DNA of 64,000 nt. It comes from Octopus bimaculoides. Lineage: Eukaryota. Positions 1 to 13,711 of the stretch are shown piece after piece; the stretch's first letter is position 1; every line of letters begins with the position of its first letter. The DNA lies in the NCBI RefSeq assembly GCF_001194135.2, contig NC_068985.1, positions 82,622,272 through 82,686,271 of the forward strand, read 5' to 3'. The notes beneath the pieces are model-generated. The model did not search any database, was not told the DNA's origin, and saw nothing but the letters and a program-made list of their open reading frames with translations. Position numbers and translations under genes: made by a program.

Positions 1-11
1 CTCAAGGTCAA

Positions 12-47
<36 letters not shown>

Positions 48-972
48 CACCAGATATATATGTGTGAGGATGTGCATGTGTTATTGGCTCTGTGTGTGTG
101 TGGTGGTATTTTGCCCTTAGTAAGTCCTGGTGGAGCGAGTCTACTGTTAAAAGCCTTCAAGGTGGAGCCATCCCATCTTTGTCTTATATCAGAGATTACA
201 TTATATTGTGTAATATACTCAGAATTTATCAAGTTATTTGATTTGAGGGTCTATGCAAGTAGGGTTTCAACAACAAACTGTTTATATCAATAAATCACAG
301 CTATCAAGACCAACATTCCTCCCTCTCTCACTCTTATGTTTCTCTATGTTTCTCTGCATGAGTGTTTCTCGTTCTCTGTCTGTATTTCACTATTCCTAAG
401 TATGAAAGAGAGAAAAATATAGATCAAAAAGACACAAGAAAGCACGCAGAACAGTTTAACATCTCCTGAAAGTATTTTTTAATATGTCTTTTATTGACAC
501 TACTACTTTTTGCCAATACTACACCATTTCAACTTTCTGTCTTTCTCTATTCCTTTATTGACAGAGAGTAGGGTTTCTAAAAATAAATGTTATACAAACT
601 TCTTCAAAGACAGTGAGTAGTAATATATATGATTTTGTGAGTGTTCATTTTTTAGCTTTCTGAATACAAGCAATGAAAGCTCTTGATTTCATGCTAATTA
701 ATGTTTGTGATAATGCGCAATCAAAATGAGACTTTTGCTAGCTAATGAGAGGAAAGCTTTCATGCATTAATATTGCTTGCTTTTGTTTTGAACTTCATAC
801 CAATTTGGTGGCTTGAAGAATTGCATGATTGTTTTCATGTAAAGAAATTGGTAATGTTGCCAGTGTTGGCTTCACCTAATCTAAATTAAGTTATATTCTA
901 CATTACAGAGTTGAATACTTTTCTTTTTATTACTACAAACATATGCTATGTATATATTTGTATATATGTACA

Positions 973-1019
<47 letters not shown>

Positions 1020-1053
1020 TTTTACGTTTTTAATTTATATATATATATATATA

Positions 1054-1564
1054 NNNNNNNNNNNNNNNNNNNNNNNNNNNNNNNNNNNNNNNNNNNNNNN
1101 NNNNNNNNNNNNNNNNNNNNNNNNNNNNNNNNNNNNNNNNNNNNNNNNNNNNNNNNNNNNNNNNNNNNNNNNNNNNNNNNNNNNNNNNNNNNNNNNNNNN
1201 NNNNNNNNNNNNNNNNNNNNNNNNNNNNNNNNNNNNNNNNNNNNNNNNNNNNNNNNNNNNNNNNNNNNNNNNNNNNNNNNNNNNNNNNNNNNNNNNNNNN
1301 NNNNNNNNNNNNNNNNNNNNNNNNNNNNNNNNNNNNNNNNNNNNNNNNNNNNNNNNNNNNNNNNNNNNNNNNNNNNNNNNNNNNNNNNNNNNNNNNNNNN
1401 NNNNNNNNNNNNNNNNNNNNNNNNNNNNNNNNNNNNNNNNNNNNNNNNNNNNNNNNNNNNNNNNNNNNNNNNNNNNNNNNNNNNNNNNNNNNNNNNNNNN
1501 NNNNNNNNNNNNNNNNNNNNNNNNNNNNNNNNNNNNNNNNNNNNNNNNNNNNNNNNNNNNNNNN
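1054..1564. other. Assembly gap flanked by (TA)n
   Basis: N run. Other gaps at 42050-42312, 45633-45747, 51057-51066, 54697-55052 and 57386-57395. Confidence 1.
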
Positions 1565-1594
1565 ATATATATATATATATATATACATATATAT

Positions 1595-1860
1595 AAATTA
1601 TTGTACATTTAAACACAAAGAGGTGAGCCTTAACAGGTTGCCTAACATACTAGAAAGAACAGTCAAAAAGTCCAAACCACAGTTAAGAGCGATTTTGAAT
1701 GGTATGAAAAATAAAAATGTTTACAATGTTTTACAGCCGGACTTCAGGTTTCGAACTTTAATTAGCAAATAAAATAATTTGCAAGGCGAAGTTCTCATCA
1801 GTGGATATGCCAAAACATTAACATATAAATTAGAGACCAAATAACACGTGTCTCATCCTT
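1595..1860 (-). mobile_element. ~260-bp hammerhead-bearing element (retrozyme-like or Penelope terminal repeat)
   Basis: Non-microsatellite block bounded by (TA)n-rich DNA on both sides, carrying the hammerhead and a 5' GAGAC..GTCTC hairpin. Family assignment is inference. Confidence 0.4.
1717..1824 (-). ncRNA. Type I hammerhead ribozyme, catalytic core intact
   Basis: Minus strand reads AUGUU-AAUGUUUU-GGCAUAUCCA / CUGAUGA / GAACUU..GCAAAU-loop-AUUUGC..AAGUUC / GAAAC-CUGAA-GUC / CGGCUGU-AAAACAUU-GUA-AACAU. All core nucleotides are present, stem II closes with G-C, the cleavage triplet is GUC, and stem I has a perfect 8-bp distal helix. Stem III is only 2 bp and proximal stem I has mismatches. 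Confidence 0.8.
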
Positions 1861-2374
1861 ATATATTATATATTATGATTTTTCAAATCCTCTGCACAAG
1901 CACAGATTCAACTGGCAGCAAATAAAAATTTCGATTAAACTTCAGAATTGCTAAAATATGAAAAATTTTTCTATTGACTTTGTATATATACTAGGCCACT
2001 GGTAGAAAAAATTTCTATAATTTTCCCTACCCTATATTAGTTTATATATATATATAGATGACCATCCTGAAATTTAGCATATATATATATTGTTATATTT
2101 GAGGATGGTCATCTTTTTCACAACAAATAAACACATACACTATGTATTCAATCTTCATTCATTTGTTATTGGTCTTATTTTATCTCATGTATCACACACC
2201 TGTGACCTCTTCAGCAACTCTTCCATCCTATTTTCCCTCCTGTTCTTCCTAGCCCCCCCCCCCCCACATATATACGTACATGTATATCTTTTACTTGTCT
2301 CAGTGACTGGACTGTGGCTTTGCTGGGAGACTGCCTTAAAGAGTTTAGTCAAACATCTCAACTCAAGTGTGTTG

Positions 2375-2417
2375 TAGTCTTATGAGTGGATTTGGTAGAC
2401 AGAAACTGAAAGAAGAC

Positions 2418-2453
<36 letters not shown>

Positions 2454-2690
2454 GGGGGCTGTATTTAGGTGTGTGTGTCTTTGTGTTTGTGTTTCTCCAC
2501 CCACCATCGCTTGACAACCGATATCGGTGTGTTTATGTCTCTGTAACCTAGCTGTTTGGCAAGAGAGACTGATAGAATAAGTACTAGGCTTACAAAGAAT
2601 AAGTCCTGGGGTCAGTTAGTTCGACTTAACACCATTGAAGGTGGTGCTCCAGCATGGCTACAGTCGAATGATTAAAGCAAGTAAAAAGAT
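2375..2690 (+). mobile_element. SINE-A (CORE-like tRNA SINE), 5'-truncated copy
   Basis: gagtggatttggtagac-gaaactgaaagaag, internal (TA)n, then cgcttgacaaccg...gatagaataagtactaggcttacaaagaataagtcctggggtc...ccagcatggc 3' half. An inverted 3' fragment lies at 2285-2362. Confidence 0.85.
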
Positions 2691-3169
2691 TTTTTTAAAT
2701 GTACTTACTTCTACTCTTTCTGTTTTTACTGCAATATGCCATATATATATATCTGTATAGATTCATACCACCACCACCACCACCACCACTTCATTCTTCT
2801 CTGAGTCTATCCCATAAGTAAAGCCAGACTTTAATTTAAACATGTTTTTAAATTTAATAATTTAATACACTTTGGGAATACATAGTCTACCTCTTTTTAC
2901 TTCATCCTACTCTTACCACTTATCTTTCTTTAGTTTTTTCCTTTCCTTTTTCTTTTTCCATTTTCATTCCTGTCTGTCTGTCTTCCTGTCTTCCTCACAC
3001 TCATTCTCTTTTCCTACTTTTCTCCTGCCTCTTACATCTCTCTCTCTCTTTCTCTTGGTTTATATCTTTTCCTTCCTTCTTTCTTTCTTCTTTTTTGTTT
3101 CTTTTTATCTCTTCACTTTTATACTCTCACCCTTTCTCACTCTGTTCCGACAATCTTATATGTTTCGCA

Positions 3170-3206
3170 CACACATGCACACACACACACGCACACACAC
3201 ACACAC

Positions 3207-3252
<46 letters not shown>
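3170..3252. repeat. (CA)n microsatellite following a CT-rich tract (2890-3140)
   Basis: Direct reading. Confidence 0.95.
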
Positions 3253-3255
<3 letters not shown>

Positions 3256-5031
3256 TCATCTCTTTCTGTATTGCTTTGCTTTTGAAAAAGTTCTAATCAG
3301 AAAATAAAAATTTAAAAATATTAAACCAAACAAAAAGGAACATTCAGTCATCATTTCAGTGTGATGTCATAAGATTCTGCATAATAGACTTTTGGAAACC
3401 ATGAAATTGTGGAAGACAGAAACTTTTAAAAATCATATTTTCTGAATAAAATATTTTTTATTTATAAATTATAATTATTGTTTCTTTTCATTTTTTTTTG
3501 TTTTACTTTTATGCTTTTCTATCATAATACTTCAAAGAAAACTGAATCAATGAATAAATGTTATAAAGATTTTTCAAAATTGAATAAAATTAACACTTTT
3601 CTATGCAAATAAATGTTTATTTATATTTATCTGTAATATCTGCAAGTAAACATTTATGAGTTTGATGTTTGATGTCTTTGCGTCATTTTGTATGATGTCG
3701 TTCCATCAATGTATGTGTGTGTGTGTGTGTGCATGTGCACGCATGTGTGTGTGTGTATGTATGCATGTATATAAACACATATACCCTCATAGATACGCAG
3801 CATGCATGTTAGAGATAGATCATGCACAAGTCACATGTATCTTTATGCATACTGGCTCTCCCTTGTGGATGTACAAGATATCCACCTGGTACTGGATGCT
3901 TGTTCCTGATAAGTTTTAATGTGAAATGAAATGTTATATACTAGCAATCATGAACAGTTTGAAATCTGAATCAAAATCTAAATTTCAATCCAATTCCAAT
4001 GTGAACTCTGTTCTATTGATAAATTCTGAACTAGAGTGGTCTCTGCTGATGCATTGTAAGATGTTTCATTAGATATTTTAAAATTGTCTTATATTGTCAT
4101 GTTAATGACTAACAATAGAATTACATGATGTCACAAGAGTCCTGTGCATCTGTACTGGCCTTTGTAAAACAACTTTATTACTGTATTTTCTAGCATACAA
4201 GTCAATGAAGTATAAAGCATAAATATGTATGTAAATATTTGGACATCTTCACTATCTTTCCAAATCCTGCTGCATTTCACATGGAAATTTGGTGCTCCAA
4301 AGTAATCTTGATGTATAAGCTGACATGTTTTTTGGTTGTAAATTTTGATCTGAAAAATTCAACTCCTATATAAAAAAATACAGTATTCAACAAATTCTGG
4401 AGCACGGAAATACTTTATAATCCATAACTTAAAGGGTTCCATGTCCAATTCTAGATGTACTTCACTCTTCAGCAGTTGTTTACCTATGAAATTATTTTAA
4501 CCACTTTTAATGATAAATGGTTAACTGTCCCATGACAAGCAGAGGATGAATATACAGGCCTACAAAAGCAGCTGTCTAAATTGTAACAAAATTAGGTGGG
4601 CTTTAAGACATCAAAATACCAGGAAAGAGTATGTCTTGATTTGAATAGAAAGTTGGAGAAAACCTTAAGAAAAGAAAAATAGGGAAAGAAAAAGAAGAAA
4701 AAAGAACCAGAAAAATACTTTGGCTATATTAAAGATAAACAATAACTTCATTTTATTGTAGCTTCTGTTGTTAATTAGTAAGTCTTTGTTTTCTTTATGA
4801 ATTACTTTTTGACATTTTTTTCAAAATGTTCTTTCTGTAGTTATATGGAGAATGTAGTATTGGCTCTTCTGGCAATGTAGCTAAGAAGACCATCTCTCAA
4901 CTATGTAGTTTAGTGTTCAGACTTCTGTATGGCATCTTGGGCAATGAATGCCTTGTGAGTGGATTTAATAAACAAATATTGAAAGACATCTATCATGTGC
5001 ATTGTGTATCAGTGTCTCCCTGTCTTCACAT

Positions 5032-5177
5032 TCTTTTCTACTCTAGGCACAAGGCCTGAAATTTTGGGATGGGGGCCAGTCGATTAGATCAACCCCAGTA
5101 TGCAACTAGTACTTAATTTATTGACCCCGAAAGGATGAAAGGCAAAGTCAACCTCGGTAGAATTTGAACTCAGAACA
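5032..5177 (-). mobile_element. SINE-B, 3' two-thirds
   Basis: Reverse complement of gagttcaaattc-gaggttgactttgcctttcatcctttcggggtcaataaattaagtac...ggccttgtgcctagagtagaaaagaa. Confidence 0.9.
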
Positions 5178-6233
5178 TATCCACATTGTACAATCTTTGT
5201 AAATGAGTGTAACGATCATAGAAACAGTGTCCTGTATTTTCAATCTTCTGTGAAAACATGTCTGGTCACTGAGGAAAATATTTTCCTTGAGAACTGACAA
5301 AAGTTTGTCACAGAGAATCTGCCTTAACAAATTTGGTCTGACCCATGCAGACATTGGAAAGGGATATCAAAATGAAGTGGAAGAGGGGACAGAAGAGGAG
5401 GGAGAGGAAGGAGAAGAGGATTGTTATATTAATTACTTGCTCTGGAGATCAGGGGAGTTCTGTGCTTGTACATATTGGTCTGTAATACAACAGTTTACCA
5501 TTATTTTTAAAAGATAAATAAAGCTATATCATTAATTTGACAGCCCTTGAAGTGTTAAATTTGTCTATGACTGCATACTTGAAATTACAAATTACAACAG
5601 TAGAGTTGAATTCCGCATTGCATACTAATTAAAAGTTGTCAATTTTACAGCCAGTTGATAATGCAGTGTGTTAGCTATTTTCATATAAAGATTAAGTATG
5701 TTGGCCCCAAATACAATGCAGTGCTCATGGCAAGATATGAACTAGTAATATCTGAATCAATTGTCTAGTACCCTACCCACTTAATGCACTCTCTTAATTG
5801 TTATATCCCTGCATAAACCTGTGAAAGTTGAGTATGAAAGACTAGTTTATTTTTGGTTGATGCAAAACAAGCATCATGCAAATATAGTTATTATTATACA
5901 TGAAATAACCAATAGACATCAAAATTTAATTATGGATAAATGAGATTACTCATCAGTGAAGAATACAAGCAAATTTCTGAAGTGTTTCATTTATTGTGTA
6001 TTATAATTATATATTATAGTTATAATATTATAATTGCTTTAATATGCCTTTAGTGAAGTGGGAAATGTTCCTTGGAAGTGTGTTGGTGACTGAGTCCTTG
6101 AAGTATGTTCATGAGTGTGTAGCCTTTTGTCCCTCGACAGTCAATAAAATGAAATAACGATCAATGTTTGGGTTGATTTAATTGATTAAACTCAGTACTC
6201 CAAATTTGTACTTATATTTGAGATATTATTATT

Positions 6234-6426
6234 GAAGGTGGCAAGCTGGCAAAATCATTAGCATGCTGGGCAAAATGCTTAACAGCATTTTGTCTATCTT
6301 TATGTTCTGAGTTCAAATTCGACTTTGCCTTTCATCCTTTCAGGGTCAATAAAATGAGTACTAGGGGTCAATGTAATCGACTTACCCCCTCTTCTAAACT
6401 TGTTGGCCCTGTGCCAAAATTATCAT
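6234..6426 (+). mobile_element. SINE-B, full length
   Basis: A-box-like agctggcaaaatc, B-box gagttcaaattc, central gcctttcatcctttcagggtcaataaaatgagtac (recalled as Meta/MESC-like domain), ATT tail. Confidence 0.9.
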
Positions 6427-7010
6427 TATTACCTCTGCCTTAGCTAAGGCGGAGGTATTGTTTTCAGTCATGTTTGTTTGTTTGCTTGTGGACAAGATAT
6501 CTCAAGAACTGCTGGATGGATTCGGATGAATCATTCAGGGATGTTTGCCCTTGTAACTGCCACAAACTGATTAGATTTTGGGATCAATTCGGTACCAGAC
6601 AAGGATTCTGGATTATTTGTTATATTTACTTTACATGATTACAATCTTACATTAACTTTCAAGTCTTTTTCAATTATCTCCCTTTAGGCTGTAACTATTT
6701 GAAAGGTGAATTTGTTAACTTTAGCATGTATTAGATAAGGATAAAGTATTTGTTATTGTTACTAAATTTTCTACAGCCACCTTCACATTCCATGACTACC
6801 ATTGGGATTGATCAGGTACTGGACAAGGATTATTTTCCATCTTTTTAAACTTAATTTTTGAGAGCGGTCAGGTTCATTTTTAGTATTCTTGTTTATGTGA
6901 GCAGCTGAGTTTATTTCAGATATTCTCATTTTAAAAATCATCTCTGGTTAATTGTTGAGAGGACATTGATGATGACTTGGTAGAGGTTTGCACTCTCTGA
7001 GTGCGCTTGT
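6427..7010 (+). mobile_element. Helentron-associated non-autonomous element (HINE/DINE-1-like)
   Basis: 5' hairpin acctctgcc-ttagctaa-ggcggaggt, (GTTT)n, internal repeated core (ggacaaggatt at ~6597 and ~6819), subterminal tggtagaggttt and 3' hairpin gcactc-tct-gagtgc. Confidence 0.75.
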
Positions 7011-7011
7011 T

Positions 7012-7226
7012 ATTATTATTGAGTGAGAGAGCAGTGCATGCCATCAAAGTCACACTGGAGTAAAATATACGAAGCCCAGTATACCCATCATGACTACCCT
7101 TCTGATAAGAGTACACTAGGCACATGCTTCACAACCATATTTGCATGACATAGTGATCTCATATCAATATAAACAGTGCATGACCTTGCAGGTGGGGCCC
7201 AGTCAGAATTTTCTTCAGGTTGGAGG
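7012..7226 (-). mobile_element. (AAT)n-tailed orphan retroposon, 3' 210 bp
   Basis: Matches 15090-15300 (+) and 36440-36650 (-). Confidence 0.85.
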
Positions 7227-7388
7227 CTGTGGTTGAGGCTAATAGCGATTTTATTGAATAAATTTACTGTTTAGTATTTCAAGATATTTTCATGTAATTT
7301 TGGTAATATATCTGTTAAAATAAGATGTCAGCATTATTTTCATTTTTGTGTAATTTAGACAACAATATATCCACCGCACCCTGTATGT

Positions 7389-7459
<71 letters not shown>

Positions 7460-7610
7460 ATGAGCTCCTTTCAGTTTCCATCTACCAAATCCACTCACAT
7501 ATCTTTGATCGGCCTGAGACTATAGTAGAAGATGCTCGCTCAAGGTGCCACACAGTGGGACTGAACCCGGGACCATGTTGTTGGGAAGCAAGCTTCTTAC
7601 TACACACCCA
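7460..7610 (-). mobile_element. SINE-A 5' half next to (TA)/(TACA)n
   Basis: tttcagtttccatctaccaaatccactcac...caaggtgccacacagtgggactgaacccgggaccatg. Confidence 0.9.
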
Positions 7611-9662
7611 CATGGATTGTATTACAAAGATTTCCAAACTTTTAGAAATACTGACGTATGTTAAAGAATTGAAACCTTGTCTTTAGAACACATTAATCTT
7701 TATTACCTTTTTCTAACTGAAAGAGCAAGAATCCCAGGCATACAATCTTCCAGTACTGCTTAATCTGATGCTGTGAAAGACAGTTAAATTCTAGTGTTTT
7801 GCTTATTCGCATGAAACACAACATTCCCTGTGACTCTTATAATTTGAGTTGATGATAGGTTTTGTTAAGGTCCAGTACATTCAATTTTAATCCATTTGTA
7901 TGTAAAACAATCACTGAGGAGTCTGCATGAGCATGTAGCTTAAAGTGGTGTAATCCCTACCACATCAGTAGTCCTTTTTGCAAAGTCAATCACTTGCTAA
8001 ATACTGGGATCAAAAGAATCCCTTACCAGATTTGGATGCATTCAACTGTAAATAACTTTACATTGTACTGGCTATAGATATATGCTTGCTATTCTAAAAG
8101 GATATTGATCATGCAAACTTCCCTGGGGTAAAGGAAAGACCAAGGAAGGATTTACAGTATTATATTCTAAAGAGGATTTTAAAGGATTATTTATGATAAT
8201 TAGAGGAAAATTTAAGAATATCTTATTGAACATGCAGTGGATGAAGGATTGTTTTCTTTTCTTTCTTTACTTTTTCTTCTACCTTTTAATTTCATGCAGT
8301 AAATCATAACGGTTGATTAATTGATATTATTTTTGGGTTGCATTCAAAGTTTATTTTTAACATATTCACAAAGAATCTGTTCTTCTGTGTTTTCTGGTCA
8401 AATAAATTTGTGCTTTTTTTGTCTTGTTCTTATTTTAGTTCTTATATTATAATATATTTTTTTAATTTTGATTTCTTGAAAAAAGAGATTAAGAAAAAAG
8501 AAAATATATATAACTTGTTTGTTTTCTTCATATTGGCAAGAACATTTTGTAGCAAACATTAATTGTTCATGTTCATAAGGATTTTTGTCTTGAATTTACA
8601 TCCAGTCCATTCATGGGAAAGAGGCTTCAAATTTCAGAATAGGTTAAATATTGATACAATGTAGTTTACTATTAAATCCAATGAATTCTTCAAGCTTATT
8701 GTTGTTGTTGTTATTTATTATTGTTGTTGCTTTCAAAGCAGAAGTAAATCTGTAAACCAGGAATTTCAAATCAGAAACTCAATGATGATATGCTTTGAGA
8801 GGAGGAAAAAAAAAAGTAAGGAAAAAATTAATAAATAATAATAATAAACTGAACTGAAATGAGGTCTTCTCATGATTACTTTAATTATGACTGAAATATC
8901 TTAAGTAAAATGCAACACATCCTAACAAAAGATGGGGAAATGAAATTTGATTATGAAGTATAACATAATAGGGTTGGCATGTTTCTTCCTTTTATTGCTA
9001 AGTCAAGAATTCAGGTTTTGTATTGAAATATTCAAGGCCTGAATAAAACTCCAAAATAACTATTATCTCAAACCATTTATAGATTTCTACTCTTCCTCTT
9101 CTTGAGCAAAATCAAACCTGTCATTCTATCATTAATTGGTTGGTTTTAGTTCAATGAAACAGTGTATAATAGGATTAAATAAACAATAGCAAGTGAGAAA
9201 AAGAAAGAGATAGAGAGAGATAGTTAGGTTGTGTATGAGAGCAAGGAGAAGAGAGTGAGAGTGAGAGAGTGAGAAAGGGAAACTTAGAGTGGATAATGGT
9301 AGGCAGGAAGAGAGAAAAATGATAAAGAAGAAATTGAGAGTATTTGATAGAAGAATCTTCTAAAAGTAAGGGCTTTTATAAAATGAAAGTAGAGAGCCTA
9401 AGGCAAAGTCACTAGTAACATTTTTGTAAAAGTAAACTGCTGGGAGAAGACGCAATGAACTATAATTTTATTTTTGTATTTTATTTCAGTTGTTTTTTTT
9501 CTTTTTCTTTTAATTTTTCTTTTTATTTATAAAACAAATACATGTTTTTGACACTGATTTTGCCTGTCAGTTTAACACACTGCTATTCTGGAAACTTGTT
9601 ATTAAAAAAAAAAAAAAGCAGCTTACTCTATTCCTAAATTTAACTACTACTGCTGCTGTTAA

Positions 9663-9694
<32 letters not shown>

Positions 9695-10554
9695 GTGTTA
9701 CTACTGCAACATTGACAGAAACATTAAAAAAAAAGAGACAGTAAGGTAATAAAATATAAATATAATAAGAAAAAAATTATCTTTGAGCGAAATCTTTTTA
9801 GGGTATGAAATTTTAATTTGAAGTTTATTAGCTTTAGATGATGTTACGTATCTAATTATGCCTTCTTTTATAGAACAGGGTCGTCATCTTACTAATTTAC
9901 TCAGTGTTACTTTCTCTACTTGTGTTTAACAATGTAATTATGGAGTCATCCTAGTTTGCCAGAAGAATTACAAGTCATTATCATTGATGTCTTTCTGTTT
10001 TTAGTTTTTATTTTGTGTGTGTGTGTGTTTTTGTTTTTTTAATAATTTATTTTCTTTTACTCACCTAAACAAGGTAGCAACTTTTTGAACCTACTCACTC
10101 TCTGTACTTTGACCTTAAACTAACATTTCTTATTCATTTTTACCTTAATTTACCTGAACAATGTCTTGAAAGCTGTTATTGCACTGAAACTTTTATATAC
10201 AATAGACAAAGTTCAATTCCATTTTTTTCACTGTACTTAAAGGATTAGATCATTCGGAATGAATAATTAAATAAAAACAAATGAATAAATAGATAAATAA
10301 ATATGGTCTACATATTAGCTATGAACTTAAACAATGATGATGCAGAAGCCTGGTATTTTTATGTCCAATTCCTGTTCCTGTTGTATTAGTGAGGGGATGG
10401 TAAATATATTTCCTTCTGGTAGGGAAATTTACTCCCTACAAATCTGATATATAAGCCTTAATCTAATTCATTACTATGAAAAGCTGTAAATAAAACCTGG
10501 TTGACATTCAATAAGAGTTAATTATATTTAACTTATAAATGAACAAATGCAGTG

Positions 10555-10762
10555 TGTTTGACAGAACCATTAGCACACTGTTGCAAAATGCGTAGCTATA
10601 TTTCATCCATTCTTATGTTCTGAGTCCAAATTCTCCCAAGATTGACTTTGCTGTTCATCCTTACAAAATCGATAAAATAAGTACCAGTTGAGCACCGGGG
10701 TCAATGCAATTGACTTCCTCCTCCGAAATTGCTCTCCTTGTGCCAAAAATTTGAAAACAAAA
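10555..10762 (+). mobile_element. SINE-B, diverged
   Basis: ttctgagtccaaattc...catccttacaaaatcgataaaataagtaccagttgagcaccggggtc...ccttgtgccaaaa. Confidence 0.8.
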
Positions 10763-11376
10763 TATCAATGAACAAATATGTGCGTGTGTGTATAGCTGCA
10801 TGTGTTCATGCATGCGTGTGTGTGTGTGTTTGTGAATATATATGCTTGCATGTATTCCTTTGTGTCTTCCACACTGTTGATGACATCAGGTAACAATATA
10901 TGCATGCATGCATATTTATTTAAAATTAAATTTTATAACCACTGGCCCTTAACAGAAGATGGATGCAGTCAACCAAATTAGTGGAATGTACAAAAACTTT
11001 AAACTGGATATTTAATACTGTTTAACTGACATGGGAAAAAAACATGTCTTTGAAAGTTAGTTCAACCAACAGAGGCAAGCACAAACAAGACACAAGACAT
11101 GGACGCATATACACACATGCATACAGAAGGTAGCTTCAGTATCAAGAAAGGCGTGCCTGCTGTAAAACAATCAATGACCCAAATAATATAATAGGCAAGC
11201 ATGGAAAAAATAACTGTAAAACATATGAGCATGTAACAAATTATATGTAACACATGCATCTTCTTCCTTTCATTTTAGACAAAGCTGTAAGCACCATAAG
11301 AATAATGTAGAACAGCTGATGATGGTGCCTTCATAAACTCAAATGAAACCATTGGAATAAATTTATTGTAATACCA

Positions 11377-11592
11377 TCCTTTTCTACTATAGGCACAAGG
11401 CCTGAAATTTTGGAGGAGGGGTTATCAATTACATCAACTCCAGTGCCCAGCTATTACTTATTTTATCAACCCCAAAAGGACGAAAGGTAAAGTTGACCTT
11501 GGTAGCATTTGAACTCAGAATATAAAGACAGACTGTCAGCTTAGTAGAATTTTGTTTGGTGTGCTAACACTTCTGCCAACTTGCTACCTTAA
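11377..11592 (-). mobile_element. SINE-B
   Basis: Same motifs in reverse complement. A second copy lies at 11893-12112 (-). Confidence 0.85.
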
Positions 11593-12300
11593 CCCATTGC
11601 CTCCCATAATTCTATTAACTGGAATTTTTTATGAAACTTTGATTTCTAGCATAAAACAGCCTTAGAAACACGCTGGAATGATCAAAATAACATTTCAAAA
11701 TAACATTTTAAATAGAAATAAGCGAGATATTGGGTGAAAAATTAGCAAACCACATTTGAATATTAGAGAAATATACCTAGTAGATATAGCAAAAAGGTTA
11801 TATATGTGTAAATATTGACAGATAATTACGAAATGTGTAATTTTTAAGCGATCTCATATGAGATCACTGGTAGGTAATGGGTTAGTAATAATAATCCTTT
11901 CTACTACAGGCACAAGACCTGAAATCTTGTGGGAGGGGTTAAGTCAATTACATCAACCCCAGTGTTTCACTAGTACTTAATTTATTGACCCCTAAAGGAT
12001 GAAAGGCAAAGTCAACCACAGCAGAATTTGAACTCAGAACAAAAGATGATTTGGTAGCAATACTACTAAGCAGTTTGTCCAACTTGCTAATGATTCTGCC
12101 AGCTTATTGCTTTAATGATGATTATAGTGATGATGATAATACAGAAGAAAGAAGAATTTTTGGAAATATACAAAAATAATATAGTTTGAAAAATATTTTC
12201 ATAATAATAAGAGTATAAGGTTGTGTAATGAATAAACAAACATTTTGAAGCTTTTATATTTATACAAATTGCGAAAAATATTATAACTAGGTAGAGCTTG

Positions 12301-12334
<34 letters not shown>

Positions 12335-12825
12335 TCTGCAAAGTGATGTTCTCTATAAATTGAACACAGGAAACCCATTCACACAAGCCTACAGAATCTG
12401 GATTTGTAGAAGCATTGAAAAGAAAGCCAAGATGGTAATCATTAGTTTTGTACATAAAAATCAAATATGATAAATGGGTAGAAATTAAAATGTAAAGGAG
12501 ATATGATATGAATTATACTGATGAGAACCTGTTTTTTCTTTGTCAATTTTCAGCTAAAATCAAAAAGTTTAAGGTTTTAATATAATCGTTACTCATTCAT
12601 GTGGTCATATGATGTCATGATATTTTTGCATGAATGCACATACACAAAGAAACACTAATACACACATATACTGCCTCTCTACACAAAATATTATAGTTCA
12701 ACACTTCATGTCGACAGTTTGTTACGCATAACATGACTGAAAATGTAACTACAATCATATCAATTTAATTTCTTATGCTCTGAAACAGTTGGGTATAGCT
12801 ACTGCTGTTGCTAATGCTTTCTTAC

Positions 12826-13700
<875 letters not shown>

Positions 13701-13711
13701 TAATAATAATA

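Noticed and set aside
943-1772. Long ORFs spanning N runs (also at 41.9-42.7, 45.5-45.8 and 54.6-55.4 kb)
   Set aside because: Artefacts of translating gaps and (TA)/(TG)n.
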